A stretch of DNA of 64,000 nt from Candidatus Caldarchaeum sp. (GCA_038844785.1 JAWBRA010000002.1:4237-68236), one strand, 5' to 3'. Shown: positions 7,532 to 17,780, numbered from the stretch's first letter. The notes: generated by a model not told the origin, from the letters alone. A program made the numbers and translations.

Positions 7532-7693
7532 CTACCTCTTCATCTCCCTTCTCTTCCACCTGAGGTTGTAGCTCCTGCACTTCCTGCATTTCACGGCGGT
7601 TTTGGCGTTCCTGGCTCCGCAATCTCTGCATATTTTTACGAGTAGGCGTCGGCTCTGGGCAAGTTGGAGCAAGGCTGGGTCTCTGATCGGCAT
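7532..7693 (-). CDS. rpl40e: 50S ribosomal protein L40e
   Basis: MPIRDPALLQLAQSRRLLVKICRDCGARN...CRKC matches the L40e zinc ribbon. The start is set at the internal Met of the 68-aa ORF. Confidence 0.85.
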   Translation of the reverse strand: MPIRDPALLQLAQSRRLLVKICRDCGARNAKTAVKCRKCRSYNLRWKRREMKR

Positions 7694-7833
7694 TTCCGTG
7701 AGTTGAATGCTGTGAACCAATTTATATTTTATCGTCATCTTTCAAACAGCCGCGCCAACCTACTTATCCCGCAAATAACTATTTATTGCGCATGTTAGGG
7801 AATAGAGAGCGATAGTAAGAAGGGGTGGGATAG

Positions 7834-8118
7834 GTGTCGGAGAAACAGATAATACCAACGGTTCTTGTCGGTAAAAAGCCTGTCATGAGCTATGTGCTGG
7901 CGTGTCTAACCGGTTTTCAAACGGGTTCTAAGGACATCGTTGTCAAGGCGCGGGGCAGAGCCATAAGCAGAGCTGTTGACGTGGTCCAAATAGTGAAGAA
8001 CAGGTTCCTCTCAAACCTGGTTATAAAAGACGTCAAACTAGGGACCGAGCAGATAACCGACGAGCAGAACAGAACCCTAAACGTCAGCACCATCGAAATA
8101 GTTATTGGACAGTCATGA
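7834..8118 (+). CDS. albA: DNA/RNA-binding protein Alba
   Basis: 94 aa. VLVGKKPVMSYVLA...VVKARGRAISRAVDVVQIVKNRF is the Alba/Sso10b signature. GTG start. Confidence 0.9.
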   Translation: MSEKQIIPTVLVGKKPVMSYVLACLTGFQTGSKDIVVKARGRAISRAVDVVQIVKNRFLSNLVIKDVKLGTEQITDEQNRTLNVSTIEIVIGQS

Positions 8119-8139
8119 GGTGTTCCAGTTGGCTGCTAG

Positions 8140-8688
8140 GTGCATGCATTGGAGTTTCCGGTCTGTACCTTCGATCTGAAGACTGGGGTCCTCTGCTCCA
8201 GGTGTGAAAGTAAGATAAGCCGGGGCGAGCTCACTTCGCTAGACCTAGATATAATGCGTTTTCTCCTCGAGCTGGAGAAAAAACGTCCCCAGCTCACCCA
8301 CCTCCGTTACGTATCCAGCCTAAAAGTTGATGATTACCTGTTTATCGTGTTTAAGGAGAGGGATTTGGCTAGTTTGCCGCAACAGCTGCAGGCTCAGCTG
8401 AAGAAAGATTTATCTGAGAAGTTTGGTTTAACAGTTAAACTGATTGAGGGGCATAGAGACTTTAACACGTTTCTTCAGGGCCTCCTTTCGCCGGCGAGAA
8501 TACTCGCTGTCAACAAAGTTTGGCTCCCTGACCAAACCACCGAGATAAAGGTCGTTATCGAGGATGATAGGATGCTTAAGACACCCGCCCACGTGCTGGC
8601 TTACGTTATCAAACGGCTGACAGGCGTCGCGGTGAGCTTCGAAATGCAGAAAAAGGGAAGACCTGCTGCGGTAAGGTTTGGAAGGTGA
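8140..8688 (+). CDS. hypothetical protein with N-terminal Cys pairs and a possible KH-like RNA-binding C-terminus
   Basis: 182-aa ORF with good coding character. C..C....CSRC at the N-terminus. Family not recognised with confidence. Confidence 0.4.
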   Translation: MHALEFPVCTFDLKTGVLCSRCESKISRGELTSLDLDIMRFLLELEKKRPQLTHLRYVSSLKVDDYLFIVFKERDLASLPQQLQAQLKKDLSEKFGLTVKLIEGHRDFNTFLQGLLSPARILAVNKVWLPDQTTEIKVVIEDDRMLKTPAHVLAYVIKRLTGVAVSFEMQKKGRPAAVRFGR

Positions 8689-8692
8689 GCGG

Positions 8693-10015
8693 ATGTTAGA
8701 AAAGAGATTAAAGGATGCATTGTCAAAGCGCAGTACAGCGCGTGAGGTCACGGTAGAGTCTGACGGAAAACATGTCAACCTTTTCGGCTGGGTTCATGAA
8801 GTCCGCGACCTAGGAAAACTCGTTTTCATACTGTTTAGAGATGTGACAGGCGTTTGCCAAGTGGTTTTTCGAAGGGATGAAGTTGAAGAAAGTACGCGCA
8901 AAGCCTTGGACGAACTTTCAAACGAATCCGCGGTTTACATACATGGTGTGGTAGTCAAGCAGCCCAAGTCACGTCTAGGTGTTGAGGTGTTGGGTGAAAA
9001 GCTAGAGATATTGTCCAAAGCTGTGCCCAAGCTTGATTACGACCCGACCGGTAAAGTTTCAGCGAGCCTGGACGTCAGACTTAGACATAGAATACTTGAC
9101 TTGCGCAAGCCTGACGTTAAAAACATCTTTATCATAGCAAGCTCCGTCCTCAAAGCCTTGCGTGACTTCTTCATAAGTAGAGGGTTTATTGAGGTTAGAA
9201 CACCGAAAATAATTGCCTCCGCGACCGAGGGGGGTGCCGAGCTTTTTGAAGTCAAATACTTTGACAGGAAGGCCTATCTGGCTCAGAGCCCCCAGCTTTA
9301 CAAAGAGCAGCTGACAACGGTTTTTGAGAAAGTGTTTGAAATAGGGCCCTTTTTTAGAGCTGAGGAGTCCCATACAAGGCGGCATATAAGCGAGTTTACC
9401 TCCGTGGACATTGAGCAGGCATTCGCCGACATGGATGACGTCATGCAGACGCTTGAAGAAGCAATCGTGTACGTCTACCGGCATGTTATACAACATAACC
9501 AAAAAGAGCTGAATGAGCTGGGGCTGACACTTCGGGTTCCAAAAACGCCTTTCACACGGCTGAGCTACGACCAAGCGGTAGAAATGTTGAAGGAAGACGG
9601 CGTAGAGATTAGGTGGGGTGAGGATTTTGGAACACCCCATCTAAAAGCCCTCGCAAAACATTTCCACAACTACTACTTCATCACAGGATTTCCAACGGAT
9701 TTGAAACCCTTCTACATCCAGCCTTCTTCAGACAACCCAGATGTATCCGAGTCCTTCGACCTCATGTACCAGTGGCTTGAGCTTGCTTCCGGCGGGACAC
9801 GAATCTCCGACCCTCTGCTTCTCAGGAAACGGCTGGAGGAGAAAGGATTAGACCCAAATTCTTTTGAAGACCATTTAAAAGTCTTCAACTATGGAATGCC
9901 CGTCCACGCTGGATGGGGTCTTGGCTTTGAAAGGTTGTTGATGGTTTTGACTAGACGTACAAACATAAGGGAGGTAATACTGTTCCCCAGGGACAAGTTC
10001 AGGCTGACCCCGTAA
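8693..10015 (+). CDS. aspS: aspartate--tRNA ligase (archaeal type)
   Basis: OB-fold N-terminus and class II motifs (FRAEESHTRRHISEF, GGTRI, GLGFERL). ATG at 8693 is preceded by GGTGA. The track ORF begins at an upstream TTG. Confidence 0.9.
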   Translation: MLEKRLKDALSKRSTAREVTVESDGKHVNLFGWVHEVRDLGKLVFILFRDVTGVCQVVFRRDEVEESTRKALDELSNESAVYIHGVVVKQPKSRLGVEVLGEKLEILSKAVPKLDYDPTGKVSASLDVRLRHRILDLRKPDVKNIFIIASSVLKALRDFFISRGFIEVRTPKIIASATEGGAELFEVKYFDRKAYLAQSPQLYKEQLTTVFEKVFEIGPFFRAEESHTRRHISEFTSVDIEQAFADMDDVMQTLEEAIVYVYRHVIQHNQKELNELGLTLRVPKTPFTRLSYDQAVEMLKEDGVEIRWGEDFGTPHLKALAKHFHNYYFITGFPTDLKPFYIQPSSDNPDVSESFDLMYQWLELASGGTRISDPLLLRKRLEEKGLDPNSFEDHLKVFNYGMPVHAGWGLGFERLLMVLTRRTNIREVILFPRDKFRLTP

Positions 10016-10481
10016 TTGGTTTAACCGTGTAGTATTGTCTATAGACATAAACGAGCGGAAGCTCGTCAGAACAGATTTTAGCCTCTTCAACCCTGCCTAT
10101 CAAAAGGAGGTGGTCACCCGCCTCATACACGCTCTCCAGGACACACATCAAAACACCTATAACACCTTCTAAAACTGGGTACACGTTTTTTTCAATCTTG
10201 TATTTCGTCTTAGTAAACCGCTCATAATGTCCTAAGTAGGCGAATGAATCAGATAATGACGATTGTTTTTGACCGAGTAGGTTTACCGCAAATCTTTTAG
10301 ACTCGAGAATCACTCGACAAGTGGTGGCACTCTTCTCTAGAGCAACCAAAATGAGAGGCGGTTCGAGAGATACTGAGGTAAAAGAGCTGACAGTCATACC
10401 GTGGGGGGCGCCTGCGTGAAACGTGGAAACAACAGTAACACACTGGGGAACTCTGCGCATGAATTCTCTTAGGTCGGTCAA
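9999..10481 (-). CDS. flavin reductase-like FMN-binding domain protein
   Basis: 160 aa. VTVVST..GAPHGMTVSSFTSVSLEPPLILVAL is typical of the split-barrel flavin reductase family. Confidence 0.7.
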   Translation of the reverse strand: MTDLREFMRRVPQCVTVVSTFHAGAPHGMTVSSFTSVSLEPPLILVALEKSATTCRVILESKRFAVNLLGQKQSSLSDSFAYLGHYERFTKTKYKIEKNVYPVLEGVIGVLMCVLESVYEAGDHLLLIGRVEEAKICSDELPLVYVYRQYYTVKPITGSA

Positions 10482-10529
10482 TGTGGAAGAAGTGTTTTAT
10501 AACAATTAATAACCATGACTCGGTTACGT

Positions 10530-11033
10530 TTATTCTTTGACCGTGAACATCGTGTGAGTTGATGTCATATTGACTTCAGTTAAAAGCCACAGTCTTTTGA
10601 AGACTCTGTTGAAGAAATCGTCTCTCGCCTCCTCAGCAACGCTCACAACCACATCCCACATACCAAACAGCTCATGCCCCTCAAGAACCTCATCTATCGC
10701 CATCAAATATTTTTCCCACAACTTTGGAGCAGAGGGTCTTTTCATCTTGATGAAAATGTAGGCGCATTTTCGTCTTGTAGAACAGTTCTCTTTCTCAAAC
10801 GAAAGCCCTCCCTCGTTCACTATCAACGTGTTTGTGTCAACGACGCCGTGTTCTCTCATATGGTCTAAAATTCTGTTAAGGTGTGGAAGGGATTCTGCGT
10901 TTACCTTTGATATGACGTCGTAAGGCCCCCATATCAGGTATGATTCCTCAACGTTTTTGTCCGACCTAACGGCGGTCAGTGTTTCCGTCAAGCCGCTCCG
11001 AGTTCCAACAGTCCCTAGGACAAACGCTTTCAT
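10530..11033 (-). CDS. tandem Lrp/AsnC ligand-binding (RAM) domain protein, no HTH seen
   Basis: 167 aa with two alpha-beta sandwich-like repeats (V.E.Y...G.YD....V). Assignment tentative. Confidence 0.4.
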   Translation of the reverse strand: MKAFVLGTVGTRSGLTETLTAVRSDKNVEESYLIWGPYDVISKVNAESLPHLNRILDHMREHGVVDTNTLIVNEGGLSFEKENCSTRRKCAYIFIKMKRPSAPKLWEKYLMAIDEVLEGHELFGMWDVVVSVAEEARDDFFNRVFKRLWLLTEVNMTSTHTMFTVKE

Positions 11034-11061
11034 GGTTGAGAAACGTCTTTAGAAAGATATA

Positions 11062-11958
11062 TTATTTTTCAAGGCTTCCCGCCGCTGCTGCTCCAGCTCC
11101 AAGCAACGGCCCGTCCGGGCCTAGGGATGTCATGGCAACCTTAGCCCTTAGCGTGAGGTATTTCTTCATATGTCTCTCAGCTTTTAGAACAGTTTCACGA
11201 GGATGGCTTATCGCAACGCCCCCACCTACTACAACTATCTCGGGGTCAAAAGAGTTGATAACGCTGGCGAAACCAGCTGCGTTCAGTTCAGCCATCTTAC
11301 TGATAACTAAGACCGCACGTCTATCGCCTTTTTTTGCGGCTGAGAATATTTCCCGCGGGTCGTTCCAAAGCTTCTTGCCGTGAATTTTTGCGGCTAGCTT
11401 AGGTAGTCCTGTTGCAGAGCAAAGCGCCTCCCAATGGCCTCTGCCTCCGCATCCGCATCTGACGTCACTTCCATAGTCTACAACTATATGGCCGATTTCG
11501 ACAGCGTTTCCGTCCTTACCCTGCAGAAGATGCCCGTCAACGACGGCACCACCGCCTATCCCCGTACTGATTGAAACAAACACCAAGTTGTCGCATCCAC
11601 GCCATCGGCCGTATATTTTCTCAGCAAGAGCGGCGGCTGTACAGTCGTTGAGAATGACCGGTTCTTTGCGGTGGAAACGTTCAACAATATCTCGGAGGTT
11701 TATCCCTAACCAGCCGATGTTGGGAGTTTTCATAACAACCCCTTTCCGCACTGACAAAGGCCCTATCGAAGCTATCCCCACCGCAGCCCTCTCCGACGCC
11801 CCTGACTGGTGCATGATCTTAAATGCTTGGCCGAATACGCTGGTCAACCCTTTCCTCGTGGTGGGCGTTCGGAAGACTATTTTCTTGAGGATAACACCGT
11901 CTCTTAAAAGGCCGAACCTAGTGTAAGTCGCTCCTAGGTCAACGGCTATCGTCTTCAC
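11062..11958 (-). CDS. ROK-family sugar kinase (glucokinase-like)
   Basis: N-terminal IAVDLGATYTRFG, ROK motif and Zn site CGCGGRGHWEA. Confidence 0.8.
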   Translation of the reverse strand: MKTIAVDLGATYTRFGLLRDGVILKKIVFRTPTTRKGLTSVFGQAFKIMHQSGASERAAVGIASIGPLSVRKGVVMKTPNIGWLGINLRDIVERFHRKEPVILNDCTAAALAEKIYGRWRGCDNLVFVSISTGIGGGAVVDGHLLQGKDGNAVEIGHIVVDYGSDVRCGCGGRGHWEALCSATGLPKLAAKIHGKKLWNDPREIFSAAKKGDRRAVLVISKMAELNAAGFASVINSFDPEIVVVGGGVAISHPRETVLKAERHMKKYLTLRAKVAMTSLGPDGPLLGAGAAAAGSLEK

Positions 11959-13378
11959 GGCTGTCTATGTATTTGCCTGGGTTAAGTATGTTGTTTGGGT
12001 CGAACACTTTTTTCAGCTCCCTCATCAGCTGAAGCACCTGCCTCCCGTTATGAGCCTCAAGCTGCATGGTGAGCTCACGCATTTTCTGAACGCCGACTCC
12101 ATGCTCGCCCGTAATGGTGCCACCTACCTTTATAGAGTATTGAACAAGCTCTTCAACAGCTTTCGGAACTTTGGAAGCTTCTTCAACGTCGTCAGGGTCG
12201 TACAGTATTATTGGATGTATATTTCCATCCCCGGCGTGGCCGTTCATCGAAATAATCAAGCCATATTTAGACGAGATCTCCTTCACCTTCATAAGGTACT
12301 CGACTATTCTGTCGATGGGTACGCATACGTCCTCCACAATTCTTGCTTTAGAGATCATGTTCAAAGCCAAGTACATCGTAGCCCTTATCTGCAGCAGCAG
12401 CTCAGCCTCCTCCTCAGACTCCGCCACCTTTATGATTCTGGCGTTGTTTTCCCTGAGTATTGTTAACAGGTTTGACAGCTCGTTCCCCCTAAACTCCTCT
12501 ATATCTATGAGAAGCATCGCCTCGCCTGCTGGCAGGCTTGTTCCATGCATTTTGTTGGCCGCATCGATTCCAACTCTGTCAAAAAACTCGAGCATCCGAG
12601 GAACGATCCGCCTCTTTCTGATCTCCAGTATGGTGTTTCCCGCATCGCTCCAGCTGTCAAACACTGAGTAAACCCTTCTCAACGGCACGTCAGGTATTGG
12701 AGCGATCTTCAGCCAAGCTTCGACTATAACGCCGAGGGTTCCCTCGCTTCCAACCATCAACTGAGTTAGGTTGTAGCCAGCTCTGTTTTTGGCCAAAGGC
12801 TCGCCGAAGATAACGACGTCTCCGTTGGCCAGCACGACCTTCAAAGCGAGGACCCAGTCCTTGACGGTGCCGTATTTTACGCATCGCAGCCCTCCCGCAC
12901 CCTCGGCCACAGCTCCTCCAACTGTGCATATGAAGCTGCTGGCCGGGTCCGGTGGAAAGAAGAAACCATGTTTAGCCAGCTCGTTGTTAAGTTGTTCTAG
13001 AATTACTCCAACTTCGGCGTGCACGTAATAGTTGACTGTGTCGATTTTCAGAATCCTATTAAGTCTCGACAGGTCTAGGACTATGCTTTCTGTGACGACT
13101 GCTCCTGTAAGGCTTGTGCCCGCACCCCATGCAGTGACTGGGATTTTCCTAACATTACAAAACCTTAACAGCTTGCTGATGTCTTCCACGTTCTCCGCGA
13201 TGACTACCGCAGAAGGTTTTTTCGAAAACCCTCCCATGTCTTTCGAATATTTCTCGAGAGTTTCGTCATCTGTCAACACTTTATCGCTGCCCAGAATCTC
13301 TCTCAGGCCAGTCAACGTTCCACTGTCGAGCATGTTCATGGTCGTTCCAGCATCTCTAAAAAACATTCCGTTATTCAA
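11939..13378 (-). CDS. FAD-linked oxidase (GlcD / D-lactate dehydrogenase family)
   Basis: 479 aa. FAD-binding PCMH domain (IPVTAWGAGTSLTGA) and C-terminal GGTITGEHGVG. Confidence 0.8.
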   Translation of the reverse strand: MNNGMFFRDAGTTMNMLDSGTLTGLREILGSDKVLTDDETLEKYSKDMGGFSKKPSAVVIAENVEDISKLLRFCNVRKIPVTAWGAGTSLTGAVVTESIVLDLSRLNRILKIDTVNYYVHAEVGVILEQLNNELAKHGFFFPPDPASSFICTVGGAVAEGAGGLRCVKYGTVKDWVLALKVVLANGDVVIFGEPLAKNRAGYNLTQLMVGSEGTLGVIVEAWLKIAPIPDVPLRRVYSVFDSWSDAGNTILEIRKRRIVPRMLEFFDRVGIDAANKMHGTSLPAGEAMLLIDIEEFRGNELSNLLTILRENNARIIKVAESEEEAELLLQIRATMYLALNMISKARIVEDVCVPIDRIVEYLMKVKEISSKYGLIISMNGHAGDGNIHPIILYDPDDVEEASKVPKAVEELVQYSIKVGGTITGEHGVGVQKMRELTMQLEAHNGRQVLQLMRELKKVFDPNNILNPGKYIDSREDDSR

Positions 13379-14117
13379 GCATTCTTAAAACCGTTTGTTT
13401 TACCTTCTCGAACTCCGTTCTTGGAAAGCCTTTCTTATAGTCTTTTAAGCATTCAATGAGGTATGTGTTGTCGTAACGCTTGAGAACCCTTGTTATATAT
13501 GAAACGAATGATGTTACGTTGGATGGTTTTCTAGCAGTAGACGAATGGCTAAAATCTATTATGTATGGTTTGAGCGTACGGTCGACTATTACATGGTCTG
13601 AAGAGTTTGTCAGCTGGCCGTGGTCGAAGGCGTTGACATCCATCGTATGGCATTGTTCCAAGACTTGTGCGATGGATATGCTGAGCGGGGTGGGATGCTC
13701 TTTGTTAAAAAGCTCGCCCAGCTTAATCCCTTCAATATACTCCATTACTATCATTTCATCCGTCCATTTGATGATTTTTGGGCCTACGTGCATGCTGTTG
13801 GCTCTATAATGCATCTCCGCCTCTTTTTGCATGCTTTTCACAGGCGAGTCTGTTCTCATGAGCTTTATGGCAACCTTCTGGTCGTCCATCAGCCCCAGCA
13901 CAACAACCCCCCTAACACCTTTACCTAGAACAAAAGGTTCATACCTCCCACTGACCTCTCTAACACCTAGGCAGGATATGCCAAGCTTTTTCATCGATGA
14001 GATTCTTGCTTTTATCTCGTGGATGTCTTTTGAAGGGTAGGCGAGCATGCTGAGGTCACAGTCGCCTGATAACCGATCTACTGCAACGAACAATACTGGG
14101 CTATGAAATTCGGACAT
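13371..14117 (-). CDS. putative atypical Ser/Thr protein kinase (RIO/Bud32-like fold)
   Basis: G-rich loop GKGVRGVV, VAIK lysine, DHGQL..SDH and IDFS motifs. The start is probably the internal Met near 14048, which would remove the overlap with cca. Confidence 0.55.
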   Translation of the reverse strand: MSEFHSPVLFVAVDRLSGDCDLSMLAYPSKDIHEIKARISSMKKLGISCLGVREVSGRYEPFVLGKGVRGVVVLGLMDDQKVAIKLMRTDSPVKSMQKEAEMHYRANSMHVGPKIIKWTDEMIVMEYIEGIKLGELFNKEHPTPLSISIAQVLEQCHTMDVNAFDHGQLTNSSDHVIVDRTLKPYIIDFSHSSTARKPSNVTSFVSYITRVLKRYDNTYLIECLKDYKKGFPRTEFEKVKQTVLRMLE

Positions 14118-15433
14118 GCTCTCACAAAATCTTCCAAGAACTGGCGGCCTTCTTCAGAGAGTGTGGGGTACAGCTCCTCGAGGCTCGTGTATATTTCTGA
14201 TGATTTCAAGTATGTACGCAGGTCTTTTGAGACAGAGGCACGCTCCCCCTCGATGAGGTGTTTGACAAAGTCTGCCACGTATGTGAAGCTCCTTTTCCGC
14301 AGCGAATACAGTCTATCCCCTTCAACCCACGGGTATGCCGCCAAATCCTCCTTCCGCGTTTGCTCCTCTACGAAATCGACTGCGTTTTTGCTCCACACTG
14401 GAGGGCCTTTGTGGAGATAAACTTTCGGAAGATGTAGAGACTCCAGCTCAAAAACCAGCAGGGCTTTCTCACCCTCAAACCATCTGTCCCATCTATAGGG
14501 TTTGAAGCCGTAGTTCGATAAAGCCCTCGCCAGACCTTCGAGGGTTTTGCTCAACTCTCCCCAAAGCACGTCAGGCGGTCTTTGTGGGACGTTTATGCTG
14601 ACAGCAAGGAAACACCTGCCTTCTGAACCAGGTTTCAGCAACGTCCTCCCTAGGAAATAAGCTTCCGAAGGTTTTTTCAAAAATAGTTTCGACTTCATGA
14701 TAAATTTTGAAAGGGTTGTTAGGGAGACAGCGGCTGCAGCGTTCCTGCTTTTGTCAACTGGGTCGGGTAGTATGATGACTGACTCTGGCTGGACAACTTT
14801 TACAGCGTCAAGGACAACCGGCGGCCTCCATCCAGAGGCCTGTTTAACAAGCTCAAGGAAAGAACCATATTTTATGATCAAAAGCTCGCAAACGTAACCA
14901 CTGAACCCTCTATTCTTTATCTCAGCCCCGTAAAGCTCGTCTTTCATCAAAAAAGCTTTAAGGAGACGAATCTCATCAGCCATCTTTTCGTCGATGATGC
15001 TTTTGACATAACGTGTGTGGTACGGTGTTCTGTCAACAGGCGTTATCCATTTACCGTACTCGGTGTCGTAGCAGGGTACTAGGTTAACCCTTACACCATC
15101 TAGGAAACCTTCTACGTATGGGTGGCTGGCATAACGGAGCTTGACGCTTCCTCCTAGTTTTTTTACAAGTTCTGTGCCCCTCTTCAGCACCGCCTCCGCA
15201 GCCTTCTCAACAGGTGTTTCTGGCTTGAAATGGATGAAGATATCGACCTCTTCCCTCGACCTCACCATGGTGCCTTTCGCAAAGCTTCCTTCGACAGAGG
15301 CTGTTCCAGGCCCGAACAGTTCTTCAACCCCTTCAACAAGCTTTTCAGCGTATGAGCTGGCTTTCTCCAAAGTCTCAGGCAACGGTCTCAACTGCTTCGC
15401 CAAATCCGTGAGCAGCTTTTCAACCTCTGTCAA
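14078..15433 (-). CDS. cca: CCA-adding enzyme (class I tRNA nucleotidyltransferase)
   Basis: 451 aa. GSFAKGT...DIDIF-like motif (GSFAKGTMVRSREEVDIFIHF). Length and architecture fit the archaeal CCA enzyme. Confidence 0.85.
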   Translation of the reverse strand: MTEVEKLLTDLAKQLRPLPETLEKASSYAEKLVEGVEELFGPGTASVEGSFAKGTMVRSREEVDIFIHFKPETPVEKAAEAVLKRGTELVKKLGGSVKLRYASHPYVEGFLDGVRVNLVPCYDTEYGKWITPVDRTPYHTRYVKSIIDEKMADEIRLLKAFLMKDELYGAEIKNRGFSGYVCELLIIKYGSFLELVKQASGWRPPVVLDAVKVVQPESVIILPDPVDKSRNAAAAVSLTTLSKFIMKSKLFLKKPSEAYFLGRTLLKPGSEGRCFLAVSINVPQRPPDVLWGELSKTLEGLARALSNYGFKPYRWDRWFEGEKALLVFELESLHLPKVYLHKGPPVWSKNAVDFVEEQTRKEDLAAYPWVEGDRLYSLRKRSFTYVADFVKHLIEGERASVSKDLRTYLKSSEIYTSLEELYPTLSEEGRQFLEDFVRACPNFIAQYCSLQ

Positions 15434-15981
15434 AGGTTTCGCACCATTATATCTGAGTAGATTGGGCCTGAGGATGTCAACACGCTTTTCTTTAAAGCTA
15501 TTCTGTCAACCCGCTGGCTGCCGAAAAATGTTTTTGAATTTCTGTTGACAACATCCAGCAACGCATTTCTGTCCTTCACGAATTTTACTCGGCAGATGGT
15601 TAGATGTGGTGTAAACTTCTCTTTTTCAAGCCTCATCCTCACTAAGCTTTTCTCAAGCTTGTTGTGTATTTCTTCGAGTTTTTCAGCACCTTCCGCAACG
15701 CCGACCCAGATGACGTTGATCCTCCCACCTCCGGGGAAATATCCGAGGCCTGTAAAAGATATCGTGAAGGGTGTTGCCTCAATTTTTCTAAGGGCTTCCG
15801 AAACCATTTCAACTTCTGCATCGCTTATTTCGCCCAGAAAACGGAGTGTAAGATGAAGGTTTTCCGGTTCAACGAGTTTCAACCCGTTACCCCCAACGCG
15901 TGACAGCTCACTCTGAACACTCATAATCTGCTTAACAACATTCATGTCAACGACATCCACAGCTATGAAGGCTCTAACCAT
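15430..15981 (-). CDS. thpR: RNA 2',3'-cyclic phosphodiesterase (LigT/ThpR, 2H family)
   Basis: Two HxT/S motifs (HLTLRFLG, HLTICR) in a 183-aa protein. Confidence 0.85.
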   Translation of the reverse strand: MVRAFIAVDVVDMNVVKQIMSVQSELSRVGGNGLKLVEPENLHLTLRFLGEISDAEVEMVSEALRKIEATPFTISFTGLGYFPGGGRINVIWVGVAEGAEKLEEIHNKLEKSLVRMRLEKEKFTPHLTICRVKFVKDRNALLDVVNRNSKTFFGSQRVDRIALKKSVLTSSGPIYSDIMVRNL

Positions 15982-16648
15982 CGGACCATCCTCTCTTAAT
16001 CATGGTTAATTTTTTTGCCAGCTCGGTTGCAACGGCTTCAAGCATGCTGTCTGCATTTAGAACCGTTATAATAGAACCGACCAGCGCTCCCTCCAAAACC
16101 TTGTAATAATGCTGGACAAGCTCTTGAAGCTCTTCATCTCTCTCGAAAACCTGGTCGGAGCCCGCCTCTTTCTGAAAAGCCCTCTTTCTCCGCGTTTCTC
16201 GGTCCACTTCAACCAACACTGTGAGGTCGGGTTTGACGAACACGCCAGAGCCTAACTCCTCCACAAGCCTGAAGAACTGCAAAAACCTCCCCTCGTCCAC
16301 AGGCTTTCTAAACTGTTTGGAAACAAGAGCGAAGCCATACACGAGAGAGCAGACATAGTACCTGTCGATCAAAAGATACTCGGGACGTTTTTCTGCAGCG
16401 ATTTTTTTCAGAACCGAGCTATCGTCTGCCGTGTTGGCTAGAAAGAGAAGCATGCGGGTAAAAGGGTCTGTCGAAGGCCTGTTTCCATATTCTTTAGCGA
16501 AAACACCCGTAGCTGTTTCGCTTGGTGTTTTATATGTTTCCACACTGTGTCCAAGTTTGATCAACTTTGAGGCCGTCTCCTTCATAAGGGTGGTTTTTCC
16601 AGAGCCGTCAACCCCCTCCCACACGACTACGAAAGTGTTGTCCAGCAT
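15974..16648 (-). CDS. tmk: thymidylate kinase-like P-loop kinase
   Basis: VVWEGVDGSGKTT P-loop and DRY motif region. 224 aa. Confidence 0.7.
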   Translation of the reverse strand: MLDNTFVVVWEGVDGSGKTTLMKETASKLIKLGHSVETYKTPSETATGVFAKEYGNRPSTDPFTRMLLFLANTADDSSVLKKIAAEKRPEYLLIDRYYVCSLVYGFALVSKQFRKPVDEGRFLQFFRLVEELGSGVFVKPDLTVLVEVDRETRRKRAFQKEAGSDQVFERDEELQELVQHYYKVLEGALVGSIITVLNADSMLEAVATELAKKLTMIKRGWSDG

Positions 16649-16989
16649 CTATTGCAACCCTGTTAGTTCAGTATATTAAGGCGATGGCGTTTCCACCGGC
16701 CATATCGGATATGAACAACAATTCTGAGACAACTAGTTTTTATCTGTCAATAACCCAGACCGATAACCTCCGACTACAGACAGTTCTTTCACATTCCGCT
16801 CGGTTGGGTCTTGTTTTGTATGGGTCTGGGTGTTTTGGACAGTCAAGGCGACGTATCCCATGGCTATTAGGATAGTCGCCCCTGAATCCAGCCCCCATAT
16901 TTTCATATATTTTCCCAGTTGAACATGGCTTGAGGCTTTCTTGTTGAAAGTTTAAAAGATCCAAAAACCGCTGGAAAAACGTGGTTTAG

Positions 16990-17406
16990 ATGCCGGTCAC
17001 CTTACGTGTGCGGGATGTTATGGACAAAAATATTGTCGAGCTTGATGAGAAGGCGACTGTTTTAGATGCCGTGAAAGCCATGCTGGACAACAACGTGTGG
17101 TCTCTGGTGGTGACACGTAACAAACTGCCGGTTGGAGTTGTAACCGAGAGGGATATCATCAGACGATGCGTGGCCAAGGGCTGCTCCCTAAACATGCAAC
17201 TCAGGGAAATAATGTCTTCCCCCCTTGAAACGATACCCCCAGAAGCCCCTATCGGCGAGGCTATGGCTAAGATGGTGGAAAAAGGGATACGAAGGCTGTT
17301 CGTAGTTGAAGAAGGGAAGATAATAGGACGTGTAACACAGACGGAGCTGTTTGAAAACGTTCTGAACGTAATGATGACTCTTTCATCGCTAAAGTCCCAG
17401 CTTTGA
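16990..17406 (+). CDS. CBS domain pair protein
   Basis: 138 aa with two CBS repeats (VMDKNIVELD..., GVVTERDI, IMSSPLETI, GRVTQTEL). Confidence 0.8.
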   Translation: MPVTLRVRDVMDKNIVELDEKATVLDAVKAMLDNNVWSLVVTRNKLPVGVVTERDIIRRCVAKGCSLNMQLREIMSSPLETIPPEAPIGEAMAKMVEKGIRRLFVVEEGKIIGRVTQTELFENVLNVMMTLSSLKSQL

Positions 17407-17780
17407 AACTGGCCGTTAAAGTCACAGCAGCCGTCAACCCCACCGAGAGTGTGGAGAAGGTAGTCAAGGCTGTTTTGAACATCTTCCCTAAGGCATCCGT
17501 CGAGAAAGGGGATGGGAGGGTGACTGCCACTGTCGACTCGCTTGAGGGTTTGGAGAAGCTTCGCATGATAATTAGGTCACGCCTTATAAGAAACACTGCA
17601 AGGATGCTGCTGTCGAAAAACCTCTCCGGAAACACTGTAACGTTTTACCTCAACAAACAAGCCGCTTACGCGGGAAGACTGTCCTTCTTCGAAGCAGGCG
17701 AAGTCATGGCTCTAGGCCCTATAGAGGTCCGGATAGAGTCGGACAACGTTGAAGAAACGATAAGATGGCTTACCGAGTGA
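17403..17780 (+). CDS. conserved archaeal protein (UPF0201 / COG1931-like, predicted RNA-binding)
   Basis: 125 aa, 4-nt overlap with the CBS gene. Pattern V.P.E..EKV..A..N.F resembles UPF0201. Tentative. Confidence 0.4.
   Translation: MKLAVKVTAAVNPTESVEKVVKAVLNIFPKASVEKGDGRVTATVDSLEGLEKLRMIIRSRLIRNTARMLLSKNLSGNTVTFYLNKQAAYAGRLSFFEAGEVMALGPIEVRIESDNVEETIRWLTE

Noticed and set aside
17376-17420. ATGATGA (C-box-like) near the CBS gene 3' end, and ATGATGACTGA inside cca, as C/D-box sRNA candidates.
   Set aside because: There is no properly spaced D / D' (CUGA) and C' boxes with 10-12 nt guides, and both lie within coding sequence.
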